From Bacillota bacterium (GTDB lineage: Bacteria; Bacillota_I; Bacilli_A; RF39; UBA660): a DNA stretch of 64,000 nt. The DNA is taken from NCBI GenBank assembly GCA_023430885.1, contig JAEYYH010000015.1, positions 3,743-67,742 of the forward strand. Reading direction: 5' to 3'. Both the position numbers and the translations under genes were made by a program. The notes beneath the pieces are model-generated. The model made no database searches, was not told the origin of the DNA, and saw nothing but the letters and a program-made list of their open reading frames with translations. This document shows, one piece after another, positions 38,904 to 49,339 of this stretch (the stretch's first letter is position 1; each line of letters begins with the position of its first letter).

Positions 38904-39593
38904 ATGAAAAAAATACTAATAATTGAAGATGATGAAACAATAAAAATAGGTTTAAAATACTATTTAGAGCAGGAATCTTTTGATGTTCTTTTAGCAGGTT
39001 CTGGTGAAGAAGCTATTACAAAAATTAAAAATAATTTGGATATTGAAATAATATTATTAGATATTAATTTGCCAGATAAAAGTGGATTTGATTTATTTAA
39101 AGATATAAAGAAATTAAAAGATTTTCCTATTATTTTTTTAACAGCTAATGATTTAGAAATGTCTATAGTTATGGGTATAGATATGGGTGCAGATGATTAT
39201 ATAACTAAACCATTTAAAGCTAGAGAACTTATATCTAGGATAAATAGTGTTTTAAGAAGAACAAGTAGTAGCGATAATTCAAGTATAATAAATTTAGGCG
39301 ATGTTTCTATCGATATGAAGCAAGCTAAAGTATTTAAAGATAGTAATGATGTTATGCTTACAGCTTTGGAATATAAAATATTACTAGCACTAGCTCTAAA
39401 TCCTAATACGGTATTCACCCGCGAAAAAATATTAGCTGATATTTGGGATGTTAATGAAGAGTACGTAAACGATAATACTCTTACCGTATATATAAAAAGA
39501 ATAAGAGAAAAAATAGAAGATGATCCATCTAACCCTAAAATAATTGTTACGGTACGTGGTATTGGCTATAAAATAGGTGATATAAATGTTTAG
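38904..39593 (+). CDS. OmpR-family response regulator (BceR/VanR-like).
   Basis: Receiver domain (ILIIEDDE...DINLPDKSG, with Asp) plus a winged-helix C-terminus. SD gaggtga precedes the ATG at 38904. Confidence 0.85.
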   Translation: MKKILIIEDDETIKIGLKYYLEQESFDVLLAGSGEEAITKIKNNLDIEIILLDINLPDKSGFDLFKDIKKLKDFPIIFLTANDLEMSIVMGIDMGADDYITKPFKARELISRINSVLRRTSSSDNSSIINLGDVSIDMKQAKVFKDSNDVMLTALEYKILLALALNPNTVFTREKILADIWDVNEEYVNDNTLTVYIKRIREKIEDDPSNPKIIVTVRGIGYKIGDINV

Positions 39594-40812
39594 AAATAAT
39601 GAAGTTACAAAAGTTATCACTATTGAAGTTGTTATTGGAGTAATTGGTATTTTAATAATGTGTATAATCAATAATTGTATGTATGTTAATTATAAACATG
39701 AATTAATAAAAAATAATGCTTATATTATAAATAGAATTATAGAAAATAATCCAGATTTAGAAGATGAAATTATAAGTAGTTTAACTAATCAAAATATTAC
39801 ATATTCTCAAAGTACTGCTATTCTTAAAAAGTACGGTCTTACTGATTTAGAGAATATTGATTATATTAACAATAATACTCATCTAAGAAATAAAACAATG
39901 TTTGTTAATTTAAGCTATGTTTTTATTTTAATATTTTTTATGTTTACTATATTTTGTCTATTTATAAAAAGAACTTATAAAAAAATAAATGATTTATCTA
40001 AATATACTAACAATATATTAAATAATAGGTACACTATGGATATTAGAGAATACGAAGAAGGAGATATAAGTAATTTAAAAAATGACTTATATAAAATGAC
40101 AATTAAATTAAAAGAACAAAGCGAAATTTCTTTAAAAGATAAAAAGTATCTTGAAGATACTTTATCTGACATATCTCATCAGCTTAAAACACCACTTACG
40201 AGCATGTATGTTATAAATGAACTTATGTATGATGATAATATTGAAAAGGTTACAAAAAGAGAACTTCTTCTAAAAAATAGGAACCAGTTAGAGAGAATTG
40301 AATGGTTGGTATCAAGTCTACTTAAGATGTCTCGTTTAGATAGTGGCAGCGAGGTTTTAAGAAGACAAAGTACTGAACTTAATAAAATAGTTGAAAAAGC
40401 AATAGAACCGCTTAGAATACCGTTAGAACTTAAAAATATCAATCTTTCTATAAATTGTGATTGTAAAATAAAAGCAAAATTAGACTTGAACTGGACATCA
40501 GAAGCACTTATAAATATTATTAAGAATGCTTGTGAGCATACTCCCGAAGGAGGAAAAATCACAATTCAGTGTACTGAAAATCCTATATATGTAGGTATAA
40601 CTATATCAGATACAGGTTGCGGAATAAGCAGTGTCGATAAACCACATATATTTGAAAGATTTTATAAAGGGAAAAATAATAAAGAAAGTATTGGAATTGG
40701 TCTTAATATGGCAAAAAAGATTGTTGATATGCAATCAGGCGATATTGCTGTAAAGTCTGAGGAAGGAAATGGTACTATCTTTGAAATAAAGTTTTACAAA
40801 AATGTGATATAA
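39586..40812 (+). CDS. Sensor histidine kinase, intramembrane-sensing BceS-like (two TM helices, short loop).
   Basis: H-box ISHQLKTPLTS and an ATPase domain with N, G1 and G2 boxes (DTGCGI, GIGLNMAKKI). Overlaps the RR stop (coupled). Confidence 0.85.
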   Translation: MFRNNEVTKVITIEVVIGVIGILIMCIINNCMYVNYKHELIKNNAYIINRIIENNPDLEDEIISSLTNQNITYSQSTAILKKYGLTDLENIDYINNNTHLRNKTMFVNLSYVFILIFFMFTIFCLFIKRTYKKINDLSKYTNNILNNRYTMDIREYEEGDISNLKNDLYKMTIKLKEQSEISLKDKKYLEDTLSDISHQLKTPLTSMYVINELMYDDNIEKVTKRELLLKNRNQLERIEWLVSSLLKMSRLDSGSEVLRRQSTELNKIVEKAIEPLRIPLELKNINLSINCDCKIKAKLDLNWTSEALINIIKNACEHTPEGGKITIQCTENPIYVGITISDTGCGISSVDKPHIFERFYKGKNNKESIGIGLNMAKKIVDMQSGDIAVKSEEGNGTIFEIKFYKNVI

Positions 40813-40813
40813 T

Positions 40814-40839
40814 TAACACTAGAGAAAACTAGTGTTTTT
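40814..40839 (+). terminator. Terminator after the histidine kinase gene.
   Basis: aacactag agaaaa ctagtgtt followed by a T-run. Confidence 0.6.
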
Positions 40840-40920
40840 CTTTTATGACTTAATTGTAAGTATTTTAGTCATTTTATAGTCATTTTATGGTTATATAATG
40901 GTATTGTTTAGGAGGAAGAT

Positions 40921-41602
40921 TATGGAAATTTTAAGAGTAGAGAATTTAAAAAAGACATATGGCAAAGGTGAAACTTTAGTTAAAGCTTTAGATGGTGTAA
41001 GCTTTAAAATTGATAAAGGGGAATTTGTTGCGATTGTCGGAGCAAGTGGTTCTGGTAAAAGTACATTACTACATTTACTTGGTGGTGTAGACAGACCAAC
41101 TAGTGGTAAAATCATTATTGATGGGGAAGATGTATATAGTTTAAACGAAACTAATTTAGCTATATTCCGCCGCCGTCAAGTTGGACTTATTTATCAGTTT
41201 TATAATTTAATACCAATACTTAATGTTACTGAAAATATAACATTACCTATTTTATTAGATGGTAAAACACCTGATGAAGAGTATCTAAGAGAATTAATTG
41301 AAACATTAGGGCTTGAAAAAAGAATAAAACATTTACCTAATGAATTATCAGGAGGTCAACAACAAAGAGTATCTATTGGTAGAGCTCTAATGAATAGACC
41401 AGCTTTAGTTCTTGCTGATGAGCCTACAGGAAATCTAGATAGTAAATCAAGTAAGGATATAATTGAATTACTAAAACTATCTAATCAAAAATATAAACAA
41501 ACAATTATTATGATTACACACGATCATAATTTAGCGTTAAATGCTGACCGTATAATTACTATCGATGATGGTAAAATTATAAGCGATGAAAAGGTAAAAT
41601 AA
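40921..41602 (+). CDS. ABC transporter ATP-binding protein (BceA/MacB-type).
   Basis: Walker A GASGSGKST, signature LSGGQQQR, Walker B LVLADEPTGNLD. SD ggagg precedes the ATG at 40921 (track start 40898 rejected). Confidence 0.9.
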
Positions 41603-41603
41603 A

Positions 41604-44198
41604 ATGAACATTCTAAATAAACTTACAATTAAGCATTTAACAATGAATAAAAAAAGAACAATAGTTTCGATTGTTGGTATTGTTCTATCAACTGCTTTAA
41701 TGGTTGGTATAGGTTTACTTCTATCAACTTTTAGAGAATTAATGATCGATGATATAATTCAGTATAAAGGTGATTATCATGCCTCAATAGTAGATGTTGC
41801 CACTGATAAAGTAAGTGTTATAGAAAATAACAGTAATGTAGATAGTTTATACTATAGACAGTATATGGGATATTCTTTAATAACTAATGAAAATTATGAG
41901 TATACATATAAGCCATATTACAAATTATATGGAGCATCTGCTACTTATTTTGATACACTACAATTATTAGACGGAAGGCTTCCAGAAAATTCAAGTGAAA
42001 TTGTAATATCAAAACATATTGAAACTGAAGGCGGTATTAAACTAAAAATTGGTGATACTATTACTTTAAATTTAGGTGATAGGTATCTTGCTGGCGAAAA
42101 GTTAGACAAACCGGAATTTACTGAAGGTGAAACTTTAGGAGAAACCACTTCAAAAACTTATAAAATAGTAGGAATTGTATCTAGAGATTTACAAGAAGTT
42201 TATTCTTCTCCAGGATACAGTATTTTTACTAAACTAGATAGTAATTGTGATAATGGTTTAACAGTTTTTGTTAAATACAATAAACCTGCTAATTCATATA
42301 AAATATCTGCTTCTATAGCTTCATCACTTGGTTTTAAGTCAATTGATGCAGAAGGTGAAAATTATGATGAAATAAGTTATAATGATAGTCTACTTTCTAT
42401 GTATGGAGCATCTAAATATGATAATATGATGGGCGGCATGATTGGAATGTTATCTATCATGTTAGGGCTTGTTTCAATAGCATGCATTATAGTTATATAT
42501 AATTCATTTGCTATATCTGTAATGGAAAGAAAGAAACAATTTGGTTTATTTTCAAGTATAGGCGCTACTAAAAAGCAAATAAGAAAAACAGTTTTATTTG
42601 AAGCAGTAGTAGTTAGTATTATAGGTATACCTCTTGGTATAGCAAGTGCATACTTAGGTATAGGCGTTGTTGTTCTTATAATGAATAATTTATTAGGCGA
42701 TATGTTAAATGGAATATCAATACATTTATGTACATATCCTACATTTATAATTGCACCTATATTATTTATGATTGTAACAATATTTATAAGTGCTTTCTTA
42801 CCTGCTAAAAAAGCAAGTAAAATATCACCAATAGAAGCTATAAGACTTAATGATGATATTAAAATAAAAGGTAAAAAAGTTAAAGCACCAAAATGGATTA
42901 ATAAAATGTTTGGTGTTGAAGGAACAATTGCTTATAAGAATATGAAACGTAATAAGAAGAAATATCGTATTACAGTAGCATCTTTATTTATAAGTATTGT
43001 ACTATTTATATCTTTCTCAGGTTATATGACATATACTTTAGCTGGTACTACTAGTTATTTAAATGTACCTGAATTTGATATAGAGGTAGAGTATTCTAAT
43101 GGCGTTAGTAGTGATATTATTAATAACATTAAAAATAATGAAGATGTAAAAGATAGTATTAGTTACAAAATGTTAAATATGCAAACTACTACAGATTTAA
43201 GTACTATGTATACTGATAAATATAATGATTTTATAAAATCAAAAAATATTGAACTAGGAAACAGTATAAATGTTATTGTACTTGATGATGATTCTTATAA
43301 TGCGTATTTAAAAAATATTGGCAAAAAAGAAGCAAAACCAATTATATATAATAAATATAGTGGAATAGTTTATAGTACAAATAGTCGTAAAGGCTATACA
43401 TATAACAGATTTGATACTAATAAACTTGGTGATATAAACATATCAAGAGAAGTTTATGATGAAGAAAAATCTTCTGAAGAAAAACAAGACTATGTATATA
43501 AAAATGAAACTGTTGATACATTAAGCGATTACTATGTTACAACAGAAAATTTCTTAAGTGTGGAAATTCTTGCTGCTGATACAACACCAATAGTTATATT
43601 AAATAATGATCAAGCAAAAAATTATGGAATTGAAGATACTCATAATATCTTAATTATTAAATCACCAAGTTATAAGAACGTTGATAAGGTTATAAACGAT
43701 TATATTGATGGTGACAAGATAAAAGATACAGATTATTTCAATTACATGAACATAGCTGAGCAAATGAAAATGATGAAAAATTTAATTCTTGTTATAAAAA
43801 TATTGATTTATGGCTTTATAACTTTAGTTACATTAATTGGTGTAACTAGTGTATTTAATACTATAAACACAAGTATAGCTCTTCGTAGAAAAGAATTTGC
43901 TGTACTTCGTAGTATTGGTCTTACTCCAAAAGGATTTAATAAAACACTTCGTTTTGAAAGCTTATTCTTTGGATTAAAATCACTTCTATATGGGCTTCCT
44001 GTATCATTTGGTATTTTATATCTAATGTACTTATCTATGAATAATATAGTTGAACTTGGTCATATATTAATCCCATGGGGAAGTGTCATAATAGCAGTAT
44101 TAGGTGTATTTGCGGTAATTGGATTATCTATGATATACGCTACAAAGAGAATAAAAAACGAGAATATTCTTGATGCTATAAGAGAAGAAAATATATAA
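41604..44198 (+). CDS. ABC transporter permease, FtsX-like, BceB-type (10 TM helices with a large extracellular domain).
   Basis: 864 aa with FtsX-fold TM bundles at both ends and a long hydrophilic region between TM7 and TM8. Start coupled to the ATPase stop. Confidence 0.85.
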   Translation: MNILNKLTIKHLTMNKKRTIVSIVGIVLSTALMVGIGLLLSTFRELMIDDIIQYKGDYHASIVDVATDKVSVIENNSNVDSLYYRQYMGYSLITNENYEYTYKPYYKLYGASATYFDTLQLLDGRLPENSSEIVISKHIETEGGIKLKIGDTITLNLGDRYLAGEKLDKPEFTEGETLGETTSKTYKIVGIVSRDLQEVYSSPGYSIFTKLDSNCDNGLTVFVKYNKPANSYKISASIASSLGFKSIDAEGENYDEISYNDSLLSMYGASKYDNMMGGMIGMLSIMLGLVSIACIIVIYNSFAISVMERKKQFGLFSSIGATKKQIRKTVLFEAVVVSIIGIPLGIASAYLGIGVVVLIMNNLLGDMLNGISIHLCTYPTFIIAPILFMIVTIFISAFLPAKKASKISPIEAIRLNDDIKIKGKKVKAPKWINKMFGVEGTIAYKNMKRNKKKYRITVASLFISIVLFISFSGYMTYTLAGTTSYLNVPEFDIEVEYSNGVSSDIINNIKNNEDVKDSISYKMLNMQTTTDLSTMYTDKYNDFIKSKNIELGNSINVIVLDDDSYNAYLKNIGKKEAKPIIYNKYSGIVYSTNSRKGYTYNRFDTNKLGDINISREVYDEEKSSEEKQDYVYKNETVDTLSDYYVTTENFLSVEILAADTTPIVILNNDQAKNYGIEDTHNILIIKSPSYKNVDKVINDYIDGDKIKDTDYFNYMNIAEQMKMMKNLILVIKILIYGFITLVTLIGVTSVFNTINTSIALRRKEFAVLRSIGLTPKGFNKTLRFESLFFGLKSLLYGLPVSFGILYLMYLSMNNIVELGHILIPWGSVIIAVLGVFAVIGLSMIYATKRIKNENILDAIREENI

Positions 44199-44299
44199 AG
44201 CAAAAAAAGAATAGTTTTCTATTCTTTTTTTATTTTTAAAAGGTTAAATAGTTAGACATAATGTTTTAACTAATATGTTATAATTAGTAAGGTGATAAA

Positions 44300-45133
44300 A
44301 TGATAGAATTATTAAAGTATTTAATTTTGGGAATAATACAAGGAATAACTGAACCTATTCCCGTATCCAGCAGTGGTCATATATTAATATTTAAAAAAAT
44401 TATAGAAAACATAACTAATCAAACAAGTACAATTGATTTTGAAACATTTGCTATATTGACAAATTTTGGTAGTCTAATAGCTATTTTGATCATCTTTAGA
44501 AAAGATATAATTAGACTAATAAAATCTTTCTTTATGTATTTATTTAATAAAGAAAGACAATTAGAAAGTAAAAGTGATTTTGATTATTGTTTAAAGATAG
44601 TTCTTGCAACAATACCTGCAGGGCTTATAGGTATCATTGTTACTAAATTAGGTTTGCTTTATAAGCTTGAAGAAAATATGAAATTTTTAGGTCTTATGCT
44701 TGTTATCACATCTTTATTCTTATATTTAATAAAAGATTTCAAAGGTGTTAAAAATGATAAAAGATTAAGTTTTAAAGATGCCATAATTATAGGTATATAT
44801 CAAATGATAGCTTTAATTCCAGGTATAAGTCGTAGCGGCGCTACTATTGTAGGAGGAATGTTTAGAGGATTAAAAAGAGAAACTGCTTTTACTTTCTCAT
44901 TTATGCTTTATATTCCAATTTCGCTCGCAACTATGGTTTTAGGAATTAAAAACTTGACCGAAATATCTATTTCGTCAACCGAATGGTTATATTATATAAT
45001 AGGTGTTTTTATGGCTTTTATATTTACTTTTGTTACAACAAAGTGGTATGGAAAAATAGTTAAAGAGGGAAAACTTATTTATTTTTCAATCTACTGTTTA
45101 ATTGTAGGTCTATTAGTTATGATATTTTTATAG
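44300..45133 (+). CDS. uppP: Undecaprenyl-diphosphate phosphatase (BacA/UppP).
   Basis: GIIQGITEPIPVSSSGH and PGISRSGATIVGG motifs. Confidence 0.9.
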   Translation: MIELLKYLILGIIQGITEPIPVSSSGHILIFKKIIENITNQTSTIDFETFAILTNFGSLIAILIIFRKDIIRLIKSFFMYLFNKERQLESKSDFDYCLKIVLATIPAGLIGIIVTKLGLLYKLEENMKFLGLMLVITSLFLYLIKDFKGVKNDKRLSFKDAIIIGIYQMIALIPGISRSGATIVGGMFRGLKRETAFTFSFMLYIPISLATMVLGIKNLTEISISSTEWLYYIIGVFMAFIFTFVTTKWYGKIVKEGKLIYFSIYCLIVGLLVMIFL

Positions 45134-45229
45134 GGAGACTATAGCTAGTCTCTTTTTTTGTCTCTTGACATAGATAGACATATAATCCCTTTTTTAAAGC
45201 ATATAATTATGGTATAATCGATATAGGAT

Positions 45230-46321
45230 GTGAGAAACGTGAAAGTTATTATTAGTGCAGGAGGAACTGGGGGACATATTTATCCAGCTCTAGCAATTAT
45301 AAACAAGATTAAAGAAATTGAACCAAAAAGTGAATTTTTATATATTGGGACACATAATCGCATGGAAAAAGATATTGTTCCAAACAATAATATTCCTTAT
45401 AAAGCTATTGAAGTATATGGATTTAATAGTAAAAATGTGATTAAAAATATTAACGTAGTTAGACTCTTACTTAAGGCAGAGAAAACTAGTGAAAAAATCA
45501 TTAAAGATTTTAATCCTGACATAGTTATTGGGGTAGGGGGTTATGTAACTACTCCAGTTATTAAAGCTGCTAAAAAGTTAGGTTATCCTACAATGATTCA
45601 TGAGCAAAATAGTATACCTGGTAAGGCTAATAAATTTTTAACTAAATATGCTGACATGGTAGCTGTTTCTTTTGCATCATCTGCTAAATATTTTCCTAAA
45701 GATAAAGTTGTTATTACGGGTAATCCTTGTAGTGAGAATGCTTTAAAGGTAAAAGCATGTGATAAAAAAGAATTTGCACTTGATCCAAATAAAAAACTAG
45801 TTTTAATTGTGATGGGATCTCTTGGTTCTTCTAAAATGAATGAGTTTTTTGTTAGCACTATGGATAAATTTAAAAACAAAGATTATGAAATAGTTTTTGT
45901 AACTGGTAAAGATAGTTATGAAGAAATAAAACAAAATATATTTCCTAGTAATGTTAAAGTTCTTCCATATATAGAAAATATGACAAGACTATTAAAGAAA
46001 ACAGATGTTATAGTATCACGTGCTGGTGCATCAACCTTAAGTGAGATAATAGCACTTCAGATACCATCAATTTTAATACCTAGTCCCTATGTGCCAAATA
46101 ATCATCAGTACAAGAATGCTCTTGATTTAGTAAATAATGATGCTTGTATTTTAATTGAAGAAAAAGAATTAAATAGTGACTTGTTAATTAAATCTATTGA
46201 TAGTATAATTACTGATAGAAAAAAAATTAATGACATGAAAGAAAATCTTAAGAAGTTAGATACAGGTAGTAGTGCTACTATCATATATGAAAACATCAAG
46301 AAGTTAGTAAGTAGGAAATAA
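45230..46321 (+). CDS. murG: Undecaprenyldiphospho-muramoylpentapeptide beta-N-acetylglucosaminyltransferase.
   Basis: GGTGGHIYPALA at the N-terminus, C-terminal UDP-GlcNAc binding region. GTG start at 45230 or 45239. Confidence 0.9.
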   Translation: MRNVKVIISAGGTGGHIYPALAIINKIKEIEPKSEFLYIGTHNRMEKDIVPNNNIPYKAIEVYGFNSKNVIKNINVVRLLLKAEKTSEKIIKDFNPDIVIGVGGYVTTPVIKAAKKLGYPTMIHEQNSIPGKANKFLTKYADMVAVSFASSAKYFPKDKVVITGNPCSENALKVKACDKKEFALDPNKKLVLIVMGSLGSSKMNEFFVSTMDKFKNKDYEIVFVTGKDSYEEIKQNIFPSNVKVLPYIENMTRLLKKTDVIVSRAGASTLSEIIALQIPSILIPSPYVPNNHQYKNALDLVNNDACILIEEKELNSDLLIKSIDSIITDRKKINDMKENLKKLDTGSSATIIYENIKKLVSRK

Positions 46322-46322
46322 A

Positions 46323-47216
46323 ATGAATATAGATGAAATTAAAAAATTAAAACTAGGCAAGTTAATAGAAAATGTCGATTTAAAAAAATATACTACATAT
46401 AAAATAGGGGGAATTGCTAAGTTATTAGTTATTCCAGATAATGTAGATTGTTTAATAAAACTATTAAAGTATATTGAAGCAAATAAAATTAAGCATAAGG
46501 TTTTAGGTTTTGGTTCCAATGTCATTTTTAGTGATAAAGAGTATGATGGAATCCTAATAAAACTAGATGAATTTAATGATTTAGATATTAATGGAACAAC
46601 TGTTGTTGTTGGTGCTGGCTATAGCATGATTAAGCTTTCTTTAGCAGTAGCTAGACAAGGATTAGCCGGACTAGAATTTGCAAGTGGTATACCAGGTACT
46701 GTTGGTGGTGCTGTGTATATGAATGCCGGAGCTTATGGCAGTGATATGGGGTATATAGTTAAGTCTATTAAAGTTTTAACTCCAGACAATAAAGTTATTG
46801 TTATGGAAAATAAGGAACTTAATTATCATTATAGAACATCATTTTTAAAACAAAATCCTGATTATATATGTTTAGAGGCTACTCTAAAATTACGTAATGG
46901 TGATAGAGATGCCATACTAGAGGTTATTAGAGATAGAAAAAAAAGAAGATTAGACACGCAGCCTCTTGAATCTCCAAGTGCTGGATCAGTATTTAGAAAT
47001 CCACCTGATGATTCAGCATGGCGTTTAATCGAAGGTATTGGATATAAAGGAAAAAAAGTTGGTGGTGCTATGGTAAGTACTAAACATGCTAACTTTATTA
47101 TTAACGCTGGCAATGCTAGTGGTGATGACATAAAGCAACTCATCTTAGAAATACAAAAGAAAGTTAAAAGTAAATACGGTATTGATTTAAAAGTTGAACA
47201 AGAATTTGTAGAATAA
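46323..47216 (+). CDS. murB: UDP-N-acetylenolpyruvoylglucosamine reductase.
   Basis: FAD-binding GGxAxxL region (YKIGGIAKLLV), catalytic SAGSVFRNP. Confidence 0.9.
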   Translation: MNIDEIKKLKLGKLIENVDLKKYTTYKIGGIAKLLVIPDNVDCLIKLLKYIEANKIKHKVLGFGSNVIFSDKEYDGILIKLDEFNDLDINGTTVVVGAGYSMIKLSLAVARQGLAGLEFASGIPGTVGGAVYMNAGAYGSDMGYIVKSIKVLTPDNKVIVMENKELNYHYRTSFLKQNPDYICLEATLKLRNGDRDAILEVIRDRKKRRLDTQPLESPSAGSVFRNPPDDSAWRLIEGIGYKGKKVGGAMVSTKHANFIINAGNASGDDIKQLILEIQKKVKSKYGIDLKVEQEFVE

Positions 47217-47226
47217 TGGTGATATT

Positions 47227-47994
47227 ATGGCTAAAAAAGGGGTTACAAAAACAAATTCCAGTATAAATAGTACTTCTAAACCTAAAACAAAATATAAAAC
47301 AGAAAAAAAAGTAGTATATAAAAAAGTTAAGAAAAAAAGATTTAAATTAAAAACACATACTATTTTAATAGCTCTACTATTTTTATATTTGTTTGGTTAT
47401 TTAATATACTATATAATAAATAAACCAATTTCTAATATTTATATTAGTGGTAATACTTATTATAGTGACTGGGATATAATTGAAATGGCTGGTTTATCTG
47501 ACTATCCAGCATCACTACTTAATCCAGGCGGCACCATTGCTAAAAGATTAGAAAGTGATATTTTAATAGGAAATGTTACGGTTAAAAAGAAATTTTTTAC
47601 TAGAGTATATATTAATATAGAAGAAAACAAACCTTTATTTTATGATAATAGTATAGGTAAAACGGTTTTCGCAGATAAACAAACAAGTATTGATAAATAT
47701 GATACGCCAGTATTAATTAATGAATCTACGGATGATATTTATAATAAGCTTATTAAAAATATGAATGAAATAAATATCGATGTATTTAGAAAAATATCAG
47801 AAATTAAGTATGATCCTGACGAAGTTGATAAAGAAAGAATCCTTTTTACAATGACAGATGGTAATTATGTTTATGTGACAATGCTTAAATTTGATTTGAT
47901 AAATGATTATAACGATATAGTAAAAGAGTTTGATAATAAAAAAGGAATTTTATATCTTAATTCTGGTGGGTATTTTAAAATTGTGGAAAATTAG
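47227..47994 (+). CDS. ftsQ: Cell division protein FtsQ/DivIB-like.
   Basis: Basic N-terminus, single TM, POTRA-like region (ISNIYISGNTYYS). Position between murB and ftsA. Confidence 0.7.
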   Translation: MAKKGVTKTNSSINSTSKPKTKYKTEKKVVYKKVKKKRFKLKTHTILIALLFLYLFGYLIYYIINKPISNIYISGNTYYSDWDIIEMAGLSDYPASLLNPGGTIAKRLESDILIGNVTVKKKFFTRVYINIEENKPLFYDNSIGKTVFADKQTSIDKYDTPVLINESTDDIYNKLIKNMNEINIDVFRKISEIKYDPDEVDKERILFTMTDGNYVYVTMLKFDLINDYNDIVKEFDNKKGILYLNSGGYFKIVEN

Positions 47995-48070
47995 TTCTTT
48001 TAGAACTTTTTTTTCTTTTTCTCTTTTACTTTTAACAAATTTATAGTATAATTGTTTTAGATTATAGGAG

Positions 48071-49327
48071 ATGATATTGTTGAAGAACATATTTACAAGT
48101 ATCGATATCGGGTCTGATAATGTAAAAGTTGTTGTTTGTGAACTTCATAATAACAAGTTGAACTTATTAGCCGCATCTTCTGTAACTTCAAAGGGAATAA
48201 AAAGAGGAATAATAGTTAATGCTGAAGAAACTGCCGAATCTATCAAAAAAGTTTTTGAAGAAGTTGAGTCTATGCTTGGTATCAAAATCAAGAAAGTTAT
48301 TGCTTCAATACCTAGTTATTTTGCGGAGTTTTCCTTTATTAAGGGAAGCGTAAACGTTATAAATGAACAGCATATAGTTGGTAGTGAAGAAATAGTTGAT
48401 GTTCTTGGTGCAGCCATGGATAGTAGACTTACAGCAGAAAAAGAAATGATTACCATTATTCCAATTGATTTTAAATTGGATGAGACAGAAGGAATTTCTA
48501 ATCCGCTTGGTCACACTGGACAAAACCTTAGTACAAGAGCTATAATGGTAACAACGCCTAAGAAGAACATTTATTCTGTAGTGAGTGTTTTAGAAAGTAT
48601 TGGAGTAGATATTGTTGATATCATGATTAATGGTATAGGTAATATTCATTCATTCAAAAATAGAGATATTAGTAATATGGTCGGTGCAATAGTTGATATT
48701 GGTTCTGAAACTACTACAGTATCTTTATATAATAAAGCAGTTATAGTTAAAAATTCTATTATTGGTGTTGGTGGCAAGGTATTAGACAACGATCTAGTAT
48801 ATTCTTATAAGGTAAGTAAAAATGAAGCAAGAAAAATTAAAGAAACTTTTGCTTTGGCTTATAAGAAATACGCGAGTGTTAGTGATTTCTACGAAGCAAA
48901 GAATGAGCTAAACGAAGATATAAAAATAAATCAGTATGAAGTTTCTGAAATTGTTAATTCAAGATTAAATGATATCTTAGAATTAGTTAGTAAAGAAATA
49001 AGCAGTTTGTCAAATAGAGATTTAGATTATATAATATTTACAGGTGGAGTTAGTGAAATGGCACACTTTAATTATTTAATTGAAGAAAAATTTGGTAAGA
49101 AAGCTGCCGTAGGTAGTATTAGAATTATAGGAGTTAGAAATAACATATATTCTGCTGCCGTAGGTAATATAATTTATTTTATAAGTAAATTAAAATTAAA
49201 AGGTAAAAATTACTCGATGGTAAGTACAAAAGATAGCGAAGATTTATCATCTGTGAAGAAAAATAACGCTAATATTTCAAGTGATTCAATGCTTGGTAAA
49301 GTTGTTGGTTACTTTTTTGGCGAATAA
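48071..49327 (+). CDS. ftsA: Cell division protein FtsA.
   Basis: SIDIGSDNVKVVV (actin-fold phosphate 1), DIGSETTTVS (phosphate 2), FTGG. The true start may be TTG at 48077 or 48080 because SD aggag abuts the ATG at 48071. Confidence 0.85.
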   Translation: MILLKNIFTSIDIGSDNVKVVVCELHNNKLNLLAASSVTSKGIKRGIIVNAEETAESIKKVFEEVESMLGIKIKKVIASIPSYFAEFSFIKGSVNVINEQHIVGSEEIVDVLGAAMDSRLTAEKEMITIIPIDFKLDETEGISNPLGHTGQNLSTRAIMVTTPKKNIYSVVSVLESIGVDIVDIMINGIGNIHSFKNRDISNMVGAIVDIGSETTTVSLYNKAVIVKNSIIGVGGKVLDNDLVYSYKVSKNEARKIKETFALAYKKYASVSDFYEAKNELNEDIKINQYEVSEIVNSRLNDILELVSKEISSLSNRDLDYIIFTGGVSEMAHFNYLIEEKFGKKAAVGSIRIIGVRNNIYSAAVGNIIYFISKLKLKGKNYSMVSTKDSEDLSSVKKNNANISSDSMLGKVVGYFFGE

Positions 49328-49339
49328 GGAGGACAATTT

